Source of the DNA: a virus
Taxonomy: Duplodnaviria > Heunggongvirae > Uroviricota > Caudoviricetes
DNA: 59,401 nucleotides
Direction: 5' to 3' (one strand)
IMG/VR virus record: IMGVR_UViG_3300021256_000055
Span: 199,124 to 258,524 of that record
In this document: piece after piece, positions 28,252 to 38,111 of the stretch
Position numbering within the stretch: position 1 is the first letter of the stretch
Layout: each line of letters begins with the position of its first letter
The notes under the pieces: generated by a model
Seen by the model: the letters and a program-made list of their open reading frames with translations, nothing else
What the model was told of the DNA's origin: nothing
The model's database searches: none
Translations under genes and position numbers: made by a program

Positions 28252-28312
28252 ATTTACCTCAGTTATAATATGTTATTTATTCTGTAGAGTTCTAAAAACT
28301 CTACAGACTGAT

Positions 28313-28858
28313 CTAACACATTTTTCTGAAGATGGAATCATCAGCGGGTTTGTATTCATCGAGAGACTGCCAAGCGCGATTATAGATTGCAAAACTTGGA
28401 AGTTCAACACCAGTAGGCATTAAATTGTCAAATACATATAAGCGGTTATGTTTAAGTCCTTCAAACTCATAGTCGCGTGCCATTGATTCCATACACTCTT
28501 TATCTTTTTTGGACTTAATTGAAAGTGATAAACCATCAATATAATGGAAGGTTCCACCCTTCATTATATAACGTTCACAGTCATAAGCGTTTCCGTAAAC
28601 AATAACTTGTTTAATATTTGGATAACGTTTTTTATAGTACTCCGCAAGATCATCCACCGCAGCATACCTGAATGGTTCACCACCAGTAAGGAATAAGCGC
28701 TCACATTGCTTGAGCTCGTCTTCGGTTGCGTAAGGAATTTCATTAAGTGTATAAAGATTATTACAGCAATTTGGACATTTTCTGTCACAAAGTGGAGTAA
28801 CCATTAAATGAATATTTTTAACAGTTTTATCCGTTTTTTCATTTAAGATTGTTGTCAT
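28313..28858 (-). CDS. Radical SAM-superfamily protein (short, NrdG/QueE-like size)
   Basis: CDRKCPNC CxxxCxxC motif; LTGGEPF. Confidence 0.8.
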   Translation of the reverse strand: MTTILNEKTDKTVKNIHLMVTPLCDRKCPNCCNNLYTLNEIPYATEDELKQCERLFLTGGEPFRYAAVDDLAEYYKKRYPNIKQVIVYGNAYDCERYIMKGGTFHYIDGLSLSIKSKKDKECMESMARDYEFEGLKHNRLYVFDNLMPTGVELPSFAIYNRAWQSLDEYKPADDSIFRKMC

Positions 28859-28910
28859 AATTAAATCCTATAAAAGCGGCCCAGCCACTAATGTGGCCAG
28901 GCCTTTTGGA

Positions 28911-29144
28911 TTACTTCAATTTTTCAATTGAGTAACCGTAAGCGGTGTTACGATTGAACATCTTTGAGCCACCCTGGTGATCTCCACCAGAACCTATACC
29001 AGCAAGAGTGTCTGAAATGTTCTTCTTTGCAGAATTAACACTTGCAGCCTTCTTAAAGTGTGCCATGTAAGCAGCAGCCTGGTCTACTGAAGTGAACCTC
29101 AAAGTTCCATCGTCATTTGTAAAAGCAAGTTTCATAAGAACCAT
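28911..29144 (-). CDS. F.S.K.AA.Y family putative DNA-binding protein
   Basis: FTSVDQAAAYM...AYGY shared with 27486. Confidence 0.65.
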   Translation of the reverse strand: MVLMKLAFTNDDGTLRFTSVDQAAAYMAHFKKAASVNSAKKNISDTLAGIGSGGDHQGGSKMFNRNTAYGYSIEKLK

Positions 29145-29250
29145 CCTTTATTATTTGATTTACATATATAATATGTGATTTATTCTATAGAAGTACAAAA
29201 AATATAAAAACTCTTCTAACCTTTCTGATTAGAAGAGTTTTATAAAAGAT

Positions 29251-29409
29251 TTATTTTTTCAATTTAGCCAGCCAATCGGCACATGCATCAACTGATTCAT
29301 TTTTGTAGAGCACTTTTACAGTACCACAGCAAGTAGATAATTCTTCCTGCGTCCAAATATGGTACTTGTCTGGGCTGGGATCAAGCGGTAACATTACAAC
29401 ATAATGCAT
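29251..29409 (-). CDS. 52-aa hypothetical protein (not in track)
   Basis: GGAG SD upstream; follows 29419 gene. Confidence 0.55.
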   Translation of the reverse strand: MHYVVMLPLDPSPDKYHIWTQEELSTCCGTVKVLYKNESVDACADWLAKLKK

Positions 29410-29418
29410 TTGATTCTC

Positions 29419-29922
29419 CTATTCAATCTGAAAAGTGTCTACGTCGTCTTCAAGATCAGCTTCCAGCATATCAAACTTTTCACCGGTCTTTTTATCTTCA
29501 AGTACAACCTGAGAGTTAGCCCATGCTTCTCCCCAGCCGCCACCATCCTGTTCCAACTTCAAAGTAAGTTCGTGCTTCTTTAAGAGCGCTTTAAGATCAT
29601 CGAGGAAAGCGTCTTTGCGTTCATTGAAAATAGCTTTTTTGTACTTTGCAATAGCACTGTCAATATACTGCTTATCAACGCTTGCGCAATCAAACTGCTT
29701 GCCGAACTTCTTGAAAAGTGCATTTACTTGGCTTGGAGTACCAAAAGAGCAGTCTCCAGGTTTTGCAGTTCTTGTAGAATTACCCTTTTCAAAAACGTAA
29801 TAGCGTTCCTTAATACGGGCTTTATATTCGTTGTTTTTTTCAGTAACATCTACTGTATAACGATAGTGGTACTTACAACCATCACCATACTGTGAATAGC
29901 TAAAAGGAAATTCAACTTCCAT
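29419..29922 (-). CDS. Hypothetical protein
   Basis: GGAGG SD before MEVEFP. Confidence 0.75.
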   Translation of the reverse strand: MEVEFPFSYSQYGDGCKYHYRYTVDVTEKNNEYKARIKERYYVFEKGNSTRTAKPGDCSFGTPSQVNALFKKFGKQFDCASVDKQYIDSAIAKYKKAIFNERKDAFLDDLKALLKKHELTLKLEQDGGGWGEAWANSQVVLEDKKTGEKFDMLEADLEDDVDTFQIE

Positions 29923-30027
29923 ATCAACCTCCATTTGTTTACATTTATAATATGTGGATAGTTCTATAGAAGTATAAAAAAATAAAAAAAACTTTCTAGT
30001 CTGTTACAACTAGAAAGTCTTTAAGGA

Positions 30028-30441
30028 TTATGCTGACCTAATGCGATTTAAGAACTCTGGATTAAGTTCACCTTTATTATACAAGTCAATCAGCTGTCTT
30101 TTGATTTCGTCTTTGATAGGACGGGTCGAGTATACACAACCAGTGAATGCATTGCCTTTCTTTTCTTTTGGCATACTTGAAAGAATGTTTGTACCAATTT
30201 CAATTGTTTGGCCATACCAAGAATCAGGCTTCTTTAATGAAATTTTTACTTTTTCGCCTTTAATTTCCACATCATCGCATCCAGCACCCCAGCTCATAAC
30301 GTGTCCATCTCTGGGAGCTCTAAGTAGGAAAGTAACCCAATGCTTATTTATTATAGCGCTTACTTTAATTGGGTTTTTATAGGTATCAAAGATTTCACTC
30401 TGGTAGATACCAATATGTGAAATAGCAAAGCCTCTAGGCAT
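30028..30441 (-). CDS. Hypothetical protein (paralog of 50463..50891)
   Basis: FTG..YST.P.K and EFL C-terminal motifs shared. Confidence 0.75.
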   Translation of the reverse strand: MPRGFAISHIGIYQSEIFDTYKNPIKVSAIINKHWVTFLLRAPRDGHVMSWGAGCDDVEIKGEKVKISLKKPDSWYGQTIEIGTNILSSMPKEKKGNAFTGCVYSTRPIKDEIKRQLIDLYNKGELNPEFLNRIRSA

Positions 30442-30560
30442 AATCTAACCTCCGTTATTGTTTACATATATAATATGTAATTTAATCTACAGAAGTATAA
30501 AAAATAAAAAACTTTCTAGTCTATCACAACTAGAAAGTTTTTATTGAAGTTAGTTTTGAA

Positions 30561-30956
30561 CTATTTTACATAATTCATAATCTGAGTACCAAGAGCATAC
30601 AAAGCCGGGTCACTTTTTTTAGAACGCTGAACAAAAGTTTTCAAAGAAACCCATGCCAAGTTACTCCAACCCATTTCATTAATCTTACTCCAGTCAAAGT
30701 TATCACGATTGAAGCCTACTCGTATCTGGCCGGCTCGTACGTAAATACGAAGATACTTATTTACAAACTCATCTGGTTGTCCTGACCATTGGCTTGGAAC
30801 TCTGGTAAGAACACCAGCTTTTACAGCCTGATCGAGCTTGCTCATAGCAATGTCGGTAAGCTGATTTTCAATGTCTTTAACATCCGAGTTAGCCTGCTTA
30901 CGAATGAGTTTTGCATTCTTGAGTGCGAGCTTGAGATCGTTTTCTTTCTGTGTCAT
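30561..30956 (-). CDS. Coiled-coil family protein
   Basis: Paralog of 22111. Confidence 0.8.
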   Translation of the reverse strand: MTQKENDLKLALKNAKLIRKQANSDVKDIENQLTDIAMSKLDQAVKAGVLTRVPSQWSGQPDEFVNKYLRIYVRAGQIRVGFNRDNFDWSKINEMGWSNLAWVSLKTFVQRSKKSDPALYALGTQIMNYVK

Positions 30957-31051
30957 AAGTTTAACCTCACTTAATTTATTTGATTTACATATATAATATG
31001 TCTGTAGAACTTTAGAAGTATAAAAAATCCGGCTAAAAAGCCGGATTTATT

Positions 31052-31261
31052 TTATTCGTCTTCTTCAGAACCGAACATATTGTCCCAGCATTCTGGACAA
31101 ATACCAGAGACAAGAACTTCTCTCTGAGAAGCTGGAAGGTATGGAAAAGCCTCCTGAGCCTTGGCTCCGTTTTCGTAAGCAATCAAGTCAGCTGGCTTTA
31201 CATTCAAAGTTACAAACTTGTGACAACAAACACATGTTTTTTTAAGTTCAATTGTTCCCAT
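31052..31261 (-). CDS. Small zinc-binding protein
   Basis: CVCC ... SGICPECWD, two CxxC pairs. Confidence 0.75.
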   Translation of the reverse strand: MGTIELKKTCVCCHKFVTLNVKPADLIAYENGAKAQEAFPYLPASQREVLVSGICPECWDNMFGSEEDE

Positions 31262-31343
31262 ATAATCACCTCATATATTATATGTCAATAGTTCTATAGA
31301 AGTACAAACTTTCTAATCTTGTCTGACTAGAAAGTTTTTAGAA

Positions 31344-31694
31344 TTATTTGAGGTATTTAAGAACTTTTGTTGCTTCTGCAAAATAGGTAGTATCTTCTAA
31401 TTTTTTTGCGTGATTTATAAAGTTCTTAAGACAACAATAACCGATAACACTATTTCTTGTATTTGCCTGGATTCCACTATAACTAACATAAAAGGTAACA
31501 TTATCAGATGCATAATGTTCCCAGCCATATCCTGAAGATACTTTAGTGATAACTCCATCAGCAACTGCTTTATCAAGGCATTCAGTATAGTATTTTCTAA
31601 GTTCAGCCTTAATATTATTCAGGTCTCTACTCAGTGCTTTTCTTGCAAGGGATTTTTCTTTAAGTTGAGTTTTAAGTTCCTGCTCCTTTGTCAT
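31344..31694 (-). CDS. Coiled-coil family protein
   Basis: LDKAVADGV motif. Confidence 0.75.
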   Translation of the reverse strand: MTKEQELKTQLKEKSLARKALSRDLNNIKAELRKYYTECLDKAVADGVITKVSSGYGWEHYASDNVTFYVSYSGIQANTRNSVIGYCCLKNFINHAKKLEDTTYFAEATKVLKYLK

Positions 31695-31695
31695 A

Positions 31696-32103
31696 CTAGT
31701 CCTCCAGGTAGTGTCTTAATTTATCCGCATTATCATAAAATCCGGGATCTTCATAATTTTTTGTACGTTTAAGGAAAGTACTTATCGCAACGTATCTATG
31801 GAATAATCGAAATAATTCTGCGTCATAGTTTCTATAGACTTTATTGTGTATGTTTGCAATAATTGAAACACCATCTTTATTTACATAAACACGAATAAAG
31901 TCATTAGCGTACCAGCTGGTGTATTTAACATTTGAATCTTCTTTAACTAAGAAGCCATCTTTAACAGCTCTTTCAAGACGCCTTTCATAGAATTCAAATA
32001 AACTAATTTTTTCTTTATCGATCAGTCGTGCAACTCTTCTGGCTTCAGCTCTTCTTTTTTCTATAGCATCTTTATAAAGTTTTTCAATATCTTTTCCCGT
32101 CAT
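31696..32103 (-). CDS. Coiled-coil family protein
   Basis: LERAVKDGF motif. Confidence 0.75.
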   Translation of the reverse strand: MTGKDIEKLYKDAIEKRRAEARRVARLIDKEKISLFEFYERRLERAVKDGFLVKEDSNVKYTSWYANDFIRVYVNKDGVSIIANIHNKVYRNYDAELFRLFHRYVAISTFLKRTKNYEDPGFYDNADKLRHYLED

Positions 32104-32145
32104 ATTTTACCTCAAAAATAAAACCCGCCAAAGCGGGCTTATATT

Positions 32146-32394
32146 TTAATTTGAGTAAACCACATCAGCCATGATTGCTGCGCCATCAACATTTTTGTCA
32201 CTCATTGCAACCTTATCAGGTGTTACATAAGGACGAAGTCCAGTCTCATCCAGGAACTCATCATAAGTCTTACCTGGTTTTGGATTTGCTCTTTTGAAGT
32301 CGCCAACCAGTCTGTAAAGTGCTTCATGATTATTGAGCCAGAGCGCTACATTCCAAGTCTCTCTGTTTTTCCATCCGCTGTAATCGTTTGCCAT
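32146..32394 (-). CDS. Conserved phage hypothetical protein
   Basis: YSGWKNRETWNVALWLNN and TPDKV motifs familiar from phage proteins. Confidence 0.75.
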   Translation of the reverse strand: MANDYSGWKNRETWNVALWLNNHEALYRLVGDFKRANPKPGKTYDEFLDETGLRPYVTPDKVAMSDKNVDGAAIMADVVYSN

Positions 32395-32660
32395 GATTAA
32401 ACCTCCATATTATTTCGTTTACATATATAATATGTGAACTATTCTATAGAAGTACAAAAACTCTTCTGACTTTTCTAATTTTTATTTTCCAATGATCCAG
32501 GATACATTTTCCCCAATTTTTTCAGCAGTTGATTCACCATTAGAATCAGGAACACATAAGCAAATAACAATAACACAAGCCACAACAATAGTCAAAAGAA
32601 TATCCAAAATAAGCCTCTAAAAAAATATCAAGATTATAACTTTTTTAACTTTTTATATTT

Positions 32661-32912
32661 TTAATTACGTGCCCAACTAATGGTCATACCAGAGCGACCA
32701 CCTGGTCCCATCGAATAGGAAGGCGAAAATCCATTGTTTCCAAGCTCTTTGACATACGCATCACGGTTATTGTCGCAGATACCAGTTACATATACTTCAA
32801 ACTCACCACGGTCAGCAGCAGACTTAATTGCAGCTTCAATAGTATCCATGTCGCGCTTAAATGTTGGCGATGCAGCAAGCGCTCTTTGTTTTGCTTCTGA
32901 TGCACTTATCAT
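32661..32912 (-). CDS. Hypothetical protein (paralog of 17941)
   Basis: GGAG SD before MISASE. Confidence 0.7.
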   Translation of the reverse strand: MISASEAKQRALAASPTFKRDMDTIEAAIKSAADRGEFEVYVTGICDNNRDAYVKELGNNGFSPSYSMGPGGRSGMTISWARN

Positions 32913-33139
32913 AATTGATTCTCCTTTACCTTTATAATATGTCAATAACTTTATAAAGGTCTACAGAATTTTTAATTTTGTTAGAATTATCCAAATAGTT
33001 CCAACAACAATTGTTGCAATCAACATCGCAACTTCAAGGCGTCTTTTGTTTTTAGCATCAGCAACCGAGCCAATACCAATACAAATTCCGCCGAGAGTAG
33101 CTAAAATAATTCTTGCCATAGACCCCCCCAGCTTTCCTG

Positions 33140-33415
33140 CTAAAGCAGATTGTATGAAATCATATAATCCAGTAAGTACTGAACATGAGTAAACTGACGG
33201 CGTATCTGACCATTCCAGTCAAGAAGATCAAAACCACCAAGTGTCTTTTTAACTGTGTAGTTGTTGATTCTTACTGTGTCGCCTTCCTGTCTGAGTTGCA
33301 TAATCTGGAACTCAGCATCGCGTCTTTTAGACTGCTCACGGCGCTGTCTATCATATTCCATAGCGCCAGCGGCCGGACCCATAGCGCTTGCAACTGCAAT
33401 TCTATTCCAATCCAT
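33140..33415 (-). CDS. Hypothetical protein
   Basis: GAGG SD at +1. Confidence 0.7.
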   Translation of the reverse strand: MDWNRIAVASAMGPAAGAMEYDRQRREQSKRRDAEFQIMQLRQEGDTVRINNYTVKKTLGGFDLLDWNGQIRRQFTHVQYLLDYMISYNLL

Positions 33416-33503
33416 AATCTTACCTCTTATATAATATGTAAATAATTCTATAGAAGTATAAATAAAAAGTCCGAACTAGTCGGACTTTTCTAACATCAGA
33501 GAA

Positions 33504-33743
33504 TTATTTGTTGTAATCTTCTTTAAGTTTTTCCAAAGAAGGAACCAGAGCAGCCCAGTCAAGTTTCCCCATTCGGAATGCTAAGTCTTGAGCGGCCCGA
33601 TTGACATCTTTTGTTGGTCTTGAAAGGTTGTTAAAAGATTTTACAGGACCATAAGTAATCTTACCTTCGTCTGTAAAATAGAACATAGTTCTACCCAAAT
33701 CAGGATTGCAACATTGTACTTCAACTACTTTGATTTCGCTCAT
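33504..33743 (-). CDS. Hypothetical protein (start moved to MSEIKV)
   Basis: GGAGG SD; TAATG coupling to the upstream gene. Confidence 0.7.
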   Translation of the reverse strand: MSEIKVVEVQCCNPDLGRTMFYFTDEGKITYGPVKSFNNLSRPTKDVNRAAQDLAFRMGKLDWAALVPSLEKLKEDYNK

Positions 33744-33940
33744 TACAGGTGCTCCTCCAATGCGTTTGCGATACGCCAACATTCACTCATTTCATAAGCT
33801 TCAAGATGGCTAAGCTCGCATTCACGCTCAAGCTCTTTTGCGCGGCTTGCAAGTTCGTCTACCTTCTCAGCAATTTCGCTTTCAGGAATCTTTTTACCAT
33901 TTTTAAGTGCATTAAGCATTTCAAGTGCTTCATCAAGCAT
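33743..33940 (-). CDS. Small helical protein (start moved to MLDEAL)
   Basis: GGAGG SD. Confidence 0.7.
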   Translation of the reverse strand: MLDEALEMLNALKNGKKIPESEIAEKVDELASRAKELERECELSHLEAYEMSECWRIANALEEHL

Positions 33941-34014
33941 AATGACCTCCAGTTTACAAATATAATATGTAAGCAAATCTGCAGAAGTATAAAACCTCTA
34001 CAGACTTTTCTAAC

Positions 34015-34311
34015 TTACTTCTTTTCTGGAAGTACTATATCAGCCATTTTCATATCATATTCGCGGTTGCATTCATAACAATAGAATACATTACGATATT
34101 GACGATGCTGATAGTCTCCTGCAAGAGCTGGTCTATACTCCAGGCGGTATCTGCGAATATTATCTGATCCACAAACTGAGCAGGTAATCTTCGCGCCCTT
34201 GAACTTGTCTGCGCCCTCTTTAATTCCATTTGCTGCAGCTGTTCCAATTAAGACAACAGCCACAGCAATAATCATTGCAAATAGCATTGATTTTACTGTG
34301 TCTTTATTCAT
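34015..34311 (-). CDS. Membrane-anchored zinc-ribbon protein
   Basis: N-terminal TM, CSVC...CYEC. Confidence 0.7.
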   Translation of the reverse strand: MNKDTVKSMLFAMIIAVAVVLIGTAAANGIKEGADKFKGAKITCSVCGSDNIRRYRLEYRPALAGDYQHRQYRNVFYCYECNREYDMKMADIVLPEKK

Positions 34312-34319
34312 AAGAGCTC

Positions 34320-34646
34320 CTAGTCGAGGTAACACTCAACATACTTTGTATTTGGATCGTATTTTCGATCGAGATGAATCAAAGAAGACCAGTCTCCGTC
34401 ACTCATTACATAGTCACGTTTTCCTGGACGTCTTACGATTGGCTTTCCATTGTAAGATTTAAGAACAGGTTTTGTCTGTGTTGCAGCCTGAGTACCACCT
34501 GGTACATAAGATTTATTCAGTTCCTGTAATTTAACTGTTGTTGCAGTTTTACCAACGACTTCATAGAATGAGTAGAATGTTGCTGAATAGCTCAAACATC
34601 CAACTACTACATCACCAATATTCACCTGGTCAAGAACGTTTGCCAT
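34320..34646 (-). CDS. Conserved phage hypothetical protein
   Basis: GDVV...SY.ATFY.FYEVV.KT.TTV.L pattern. Confidence 0.75.
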   Translation of the reverse strand: MANVLDQVNIGDVVVGCLSYSATFYSFYEVVGKTATTVKLQELNKSYVPGGTQAATQTKPVLKSYNGKPIVRRPGKRDYVMSDGDWSSLIHLDRKYDPNTKYVECYLD

Positions 34647-34799
34647 AAGGATTTCCTCCGTTTTATTTGTTACATATATAATATGTAAATAGACCTATAG
34701 AAGTATAAAAACTCTACAGACTTATCTGATTTAAATAAAAAAGACCTGAGACTATTAACAATAATCTCAGGTCAATGTAAACAAATAACTAGAGGTCGT

Positions 34800-35462
34800 C
34801 TAGAGTTTTACAATGTCATATCCGAGTGAGTTTGCAAGAGCACGAAGATTTTTGATTACTTCAGACTCGTCAGCTGAGCTTTCTGAAGAGCCACTTGAAG
34901 TTCCACCTACCACTATACCAAGGAATCCGCGGTCTGGATCAATTCCTTTTTTGTATGCAACACTCATTGCAGAATAGGCAGTACGGCTTACACTTGCGCT
35001 GCTACTTGAGCGTGACAAAATTCCAAGAATTTGAGCTGGAATAATTGCCATAGCTTCTGGATCAGTGTAATCTGTTTCAGATACTGTATCAGCAAGTTTG
35101 TCCTGTTCGTCTTCAGTCAATCCTTTCAAAAACTTAATAGTTTTTTCAAGGTCATCTCCGACAATTTTTTTAGGATCGAGCTGTCCGAGCCAGCAATAAA
35201 CATTACTTGTATTAAACATCTTCCAGCAGTCATTAAACTCTGGTAAACCTTCACCACGTTTTGGCATATGGTCAAGAGGCTCATAACTTCTCAACTGATA
35301 AAGTACATCGTCAATAGAATGATTTGAATTGAATAAGACCTTTCCAAGTGAGATACCACCAAAGCGGATTCTCTTGTTGCCTTCAAAAGTCTGCCCAGTA
35401 ACAGCTACGATTTTGATGGATTTTTTGCCCATCTGATTTTTGTATGCAAAAAGTTCAATCAT
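34800..35462 (-). CDS. Hypothetical protein, 220 aa
   Basis: GGAG SD and promoter; 3' UTR carries an anti-leader element. Confidence 0.8.
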   Translation of the reverse strand: MIELFAYKNQMGKKSIKIVAVTGQTFEGNKRIRFGGISLGKVLFNSNHSIDDVLYQLRSYEPLDHMPKRGEGLPEFNDCWKMFNTSNVYCWLGQLDPKKIVGDDLEKTIKFLKGLTEDEQDKLADTVSETDYTDPEAMAIIPAQILGILSRSSSSASVSRTAYSAMSVAYKKGIDPDRGFLGIVVGGTSSGSSESSADESEVIKNLRALANSLGYDIVKL

Positions 35463-35545
35463 ACTTTAATCTCCTGTTGTTTTCGTTTACATATATAATA
35501 TGTAAACTAATCTGTAGAAGTATAAAAATTCTAATTTATATTAAA

Positions 35546-35785
35546 TTAGTCTTCTCTTGGTCCACCACATGCAATCTTACCACAGTCGATACAGAATCTT
35601 GTGCGGATAACCTTAGTCGAGAAGTCCATATACTTCGATCCAGCTTTAAGAGTTTTACCACAGTCTGCGCAGTGGTAATCTTTTTTTGCGGTTCTTATTT
35701 TATGCTCAACAAAATCGAGCTTCCAATGTCTGTTATCGCGCCACTGTTCAACAGTGTCGTCTTCATATTCCCATGCTTCATCCAT
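35546..35785 (-). CDS. Zinc-binding protein; leaderless start
   Basis: HCADC...FCIDC; ATG at the predicted +1. Confidence 0.75.
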   Translation of the reverse strand: MDEAWEYEDDTVEQWRDNRHWKLDFVEHKIRTAKKDYHCADCGKTLKAGSKYMDFSTKVIRTRFCIDCGKIACGGPRED

Positions 35786-35871
35786 ATTTATAATATGTAA
35801 ACAATTCTGTAGAAGTACAGAAAATAAAAAAACTTTCTAGTCTAATTTAACTAGAAAGTTTTTATAAAGCG

Positions 35872-36477
35872 TTATTTATTATTTTGTTTTACTATCGATT
35901 TCATAAGTTTTTTTGCAACCACAAGTTCTAACGAGAGTACTAGAACATCAACGACAGTTAAAGCAAGCATACTATGAAATGGATTATCAAATCTTAACAT
36001 TGAAATAAGACCAAGACCAGAACCTAAAATTACAGAAACATAACCCATCAACATGTGAGTACGATCATATTCTGCGCGAAAAGCTTGGAATGCTTGCGCT
36101 TTGATGTCAATAAATAAATTATTAAGATTTGTTTGAAGAATACAATTTGTAAGAATAGATAGCATAGCATAGAAATAAAATCCGCGTGTTCCACCGATAA
36201 TATAGCCACCAAATCCACAAATTATATTTGACGTTATCAACAGAATATAGATTCCAACAAAGTGTCTTTTTACAAACTCGGCTGTTGCTTTTCGTGTCCA
36301 GAGCCAGGTAATAAGAGCGCCACCAATACAGTATGCGCCAGATTCAATATAAAAGTACCATTGAGCCAAATTTTCATAAAGGGCTTTAGTAATAACTGGA
36401 CACCATAAAGAGTATAGCATACTTCCAATCATGCTATTGAATATAAGGATTTTGCCTTCTCTTGAAAGATTATTCAT
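35872..36477 (-). CDS. Polytopic membrane protein
   Basis: About six hydrophobic segments. Confidence 0.75.
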   Translation of the reverse strand: MNNLSREGKILIFNSMIGSMLYSLWCPVITKALYENLAQWYFYIESGAYCIGGALITWLWTRKATAEFVKRHFVGIYILLITSNIICGFGGYIIGGTRGFYFYAMLSILTNCILQTNLNNLFIDIKAQAFQAFRAEYDRTHMLMGYVSVILGSGLGLISMLRFDNPFHSMLALTVVDVLVLSLELVVAKKLMKSIVKQNNK

Positions 36478-36600
36478 TCTTTAGACCTTCACGATTTATA
36501 ATTTGTTTACATATATAATATGTAAACAATTCTGTAGAAGTACAAAATAAATAAAAAAGACAAGCCATTTCTGACTTGTCTTATTTGTCTTTAGAAGTTA

Positions 36601-37464
36601 TTAAAGGCTTACAACCATTTCGTTTTTGTCAAAAGCAATCTTGTAAAGTCCCTTGCCAGTATACTTACGAGCAAGTGCTTCAAGTTCTGGCTTAGTAGCT
36701 CCAAGATCCAGTGCCTTGCGGCGGAATGCATCGAAGTTATGTCCAGCTTTAAGACCGAGTATGTAACGAGCTACTGCTTTATCAACAGTTCCAATCTTTT
36801 CAGCCTGCTCATAAGATTTGTCTTTATTTTTATCGAGCCAGCTCATAAGAACATCAACACGTTCCTGATCTTTTGCGGTGAACTTGTATTTGTTCACGTC
36901 TGCTTTGGCTACTTCAGCTTCGAAGTCTTTAACAGTCTGGCCTACTCGCTTTTTGTAGTCGTCTGTCCAGTATCTGTTTTCTTTTGACATTGCAGCTTTG
37001 AGCATCTCATTCTTAGACATATCCTGGTGGTAACCTGGACCATAGTAAAGAAGTGCTCTGATGTCCTGGTACATGGCATGATGTGTTTCAGTCATCCAGC
37101 CGAAATATTCAATAAGACGGTTGTAAACTTCTTTAATTGTAAAGCTGTCTTTGAACTCACTTGTGATTGCGTTCTTAAGTGGATCCCAGCGTCCAGAAGT
37201 ATTGTCTGGTGATTCAGTTTCACCTGTAAGAAGCTTACCAAGACAGTATCTCTCAGCTGCTCTCAAGCCAACACGCTGGTTATGTTCCCAGTCGTAGTGG
37301 TCTGGAGCTTTAGTCAGCTTTGAGACCATTTTCTCAATGTCTTCTGGTTTCATGCCATTTTCGATTACCTGGGTAACCTGCTTCCAAGCTGTCTCCATTC
37401 CCTGGTCATTTCGACAGTCTGTTCTAAGAATGTCTGGACAACCTTTACGTCTTGAAATTGTCAT
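36601..37464 (-). CDS. Hypothetical helical protein (start moved to MTISRR)
   Basis: GGAGG SD; the track start reads through the promoter. Confidence 0.8.
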   Translation of the reverse strand: MTISRRKGCPDILRTDCRNDQGMETAWKQVTQVIENGMKPEDIEKMVSKLTKAPDHYDWEHNQRVGLRAAERYCLGKLLTGETESPDNTSGRWDPLKNAITSEFKDSFTIKEVYNRLIEYFGWMTETHHAMYQDIRALLYYGPGYHQDMSKNEMLKAAMSKENRYWTDDYKKRVGQTVKDFEAEVAKADVNKYKFTAKDQERVDVLMSWLDKNKDKSYEQAEKIGTVDKAVARYILGLKAGHNFDAFRRKALDLGATKPELEALARKYTGKGLYKIAFDKNEMVVSL

Positions 37465-37536
37465 AATAACCTCCAAGTTATTCGTTTTACATATATAATA
37501 TGTAAACAAGTTCTACAGAGTATAAAAACTAGAAAA

Positions 37537-37731
37537 TTATTTTTGCCAATTCCACTGATCGTCAACAATGGTTTTGCCGGCTTCAAGACCACCTACTATT
37601 GAACAATAGCGATCAGCTTCTGAGCTATATGGATCACAACCATTGATAGCTTCCCAATAGAAAGCTATTGCGTCTTTACGCTTGCGAGTTTCTGTTTTAT
37701 TATAGCAAGTAATAGTTACTAAATCGTCCAT
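37537..37731 (-). CDS. Hypothetical protein (start moved to MDDLVT)
   Basis: GGAGG SD. Confidence 0.75.
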   Translation of the reverse strand: MDDLVTITCYNKTETRKRKDAIAFYWEAINGCDPYSSEADRYCSIVGGLEAGKTIVDDQWNWQK

Positions 37732-37790
37732 TTGAGCCTCCACGATTTGTTTACATTTATAATATGTAAACAAATCTACAGAAGTACAAA

Positions 37791-38111
37791 CTAACTTTTC
37801 TGGTTTAACTTTTCTTCTTTCTTAATCTGCTTTTTTAAGTCATTTGAAAGCTGGTCAGCTGACTTTCCGAAATCTTTAGCTTTCTTGTCAAGCTCATTCT
37901 TTTTAATGAACTTGTCAATATTGTCTGTGATTTCGTAATCGTTATTGACTTCTTTTGCTTTTTTGCTGATTGCTTTTGCAGCTTTTTCGCCCATAACGTA
38001 AGCCTTTGCAGTAGCTTCAATAAAGATGTCATAAGCCGACTTCTTTTCTTCAGCATAGCAAACCATTGACAAACAAATTGTTGCCAGTACTACAAACCAA
38101 ATCTTTTTCAT
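37791..38111 (-). CDS. Signal-peptide-bearing Lys-rich protein
   Basis: MKKIWFVVLATICLSMVCYA; GGAGG SD. Confidence 0.7.
   Translation of the reverse strand: MKKIWFVVLATICLSMVCYAEEKKSAYDIFIEATAKAYVMGEKAAKAISKKAKEVNNDYEITDNIDKFIKKNELDKKAKDFGKSADQLSNDLKKQIKKEEKLNQKS

Noticed and set aside
36601-37509. Shared N-terminal peptide MFTYYICK / MEVIM / MEAIM as a protein motif
   Set aside because: Artefact of ORF calls that begin inside the promoter or SD repeat; true starts lie downstream of GGAGG.
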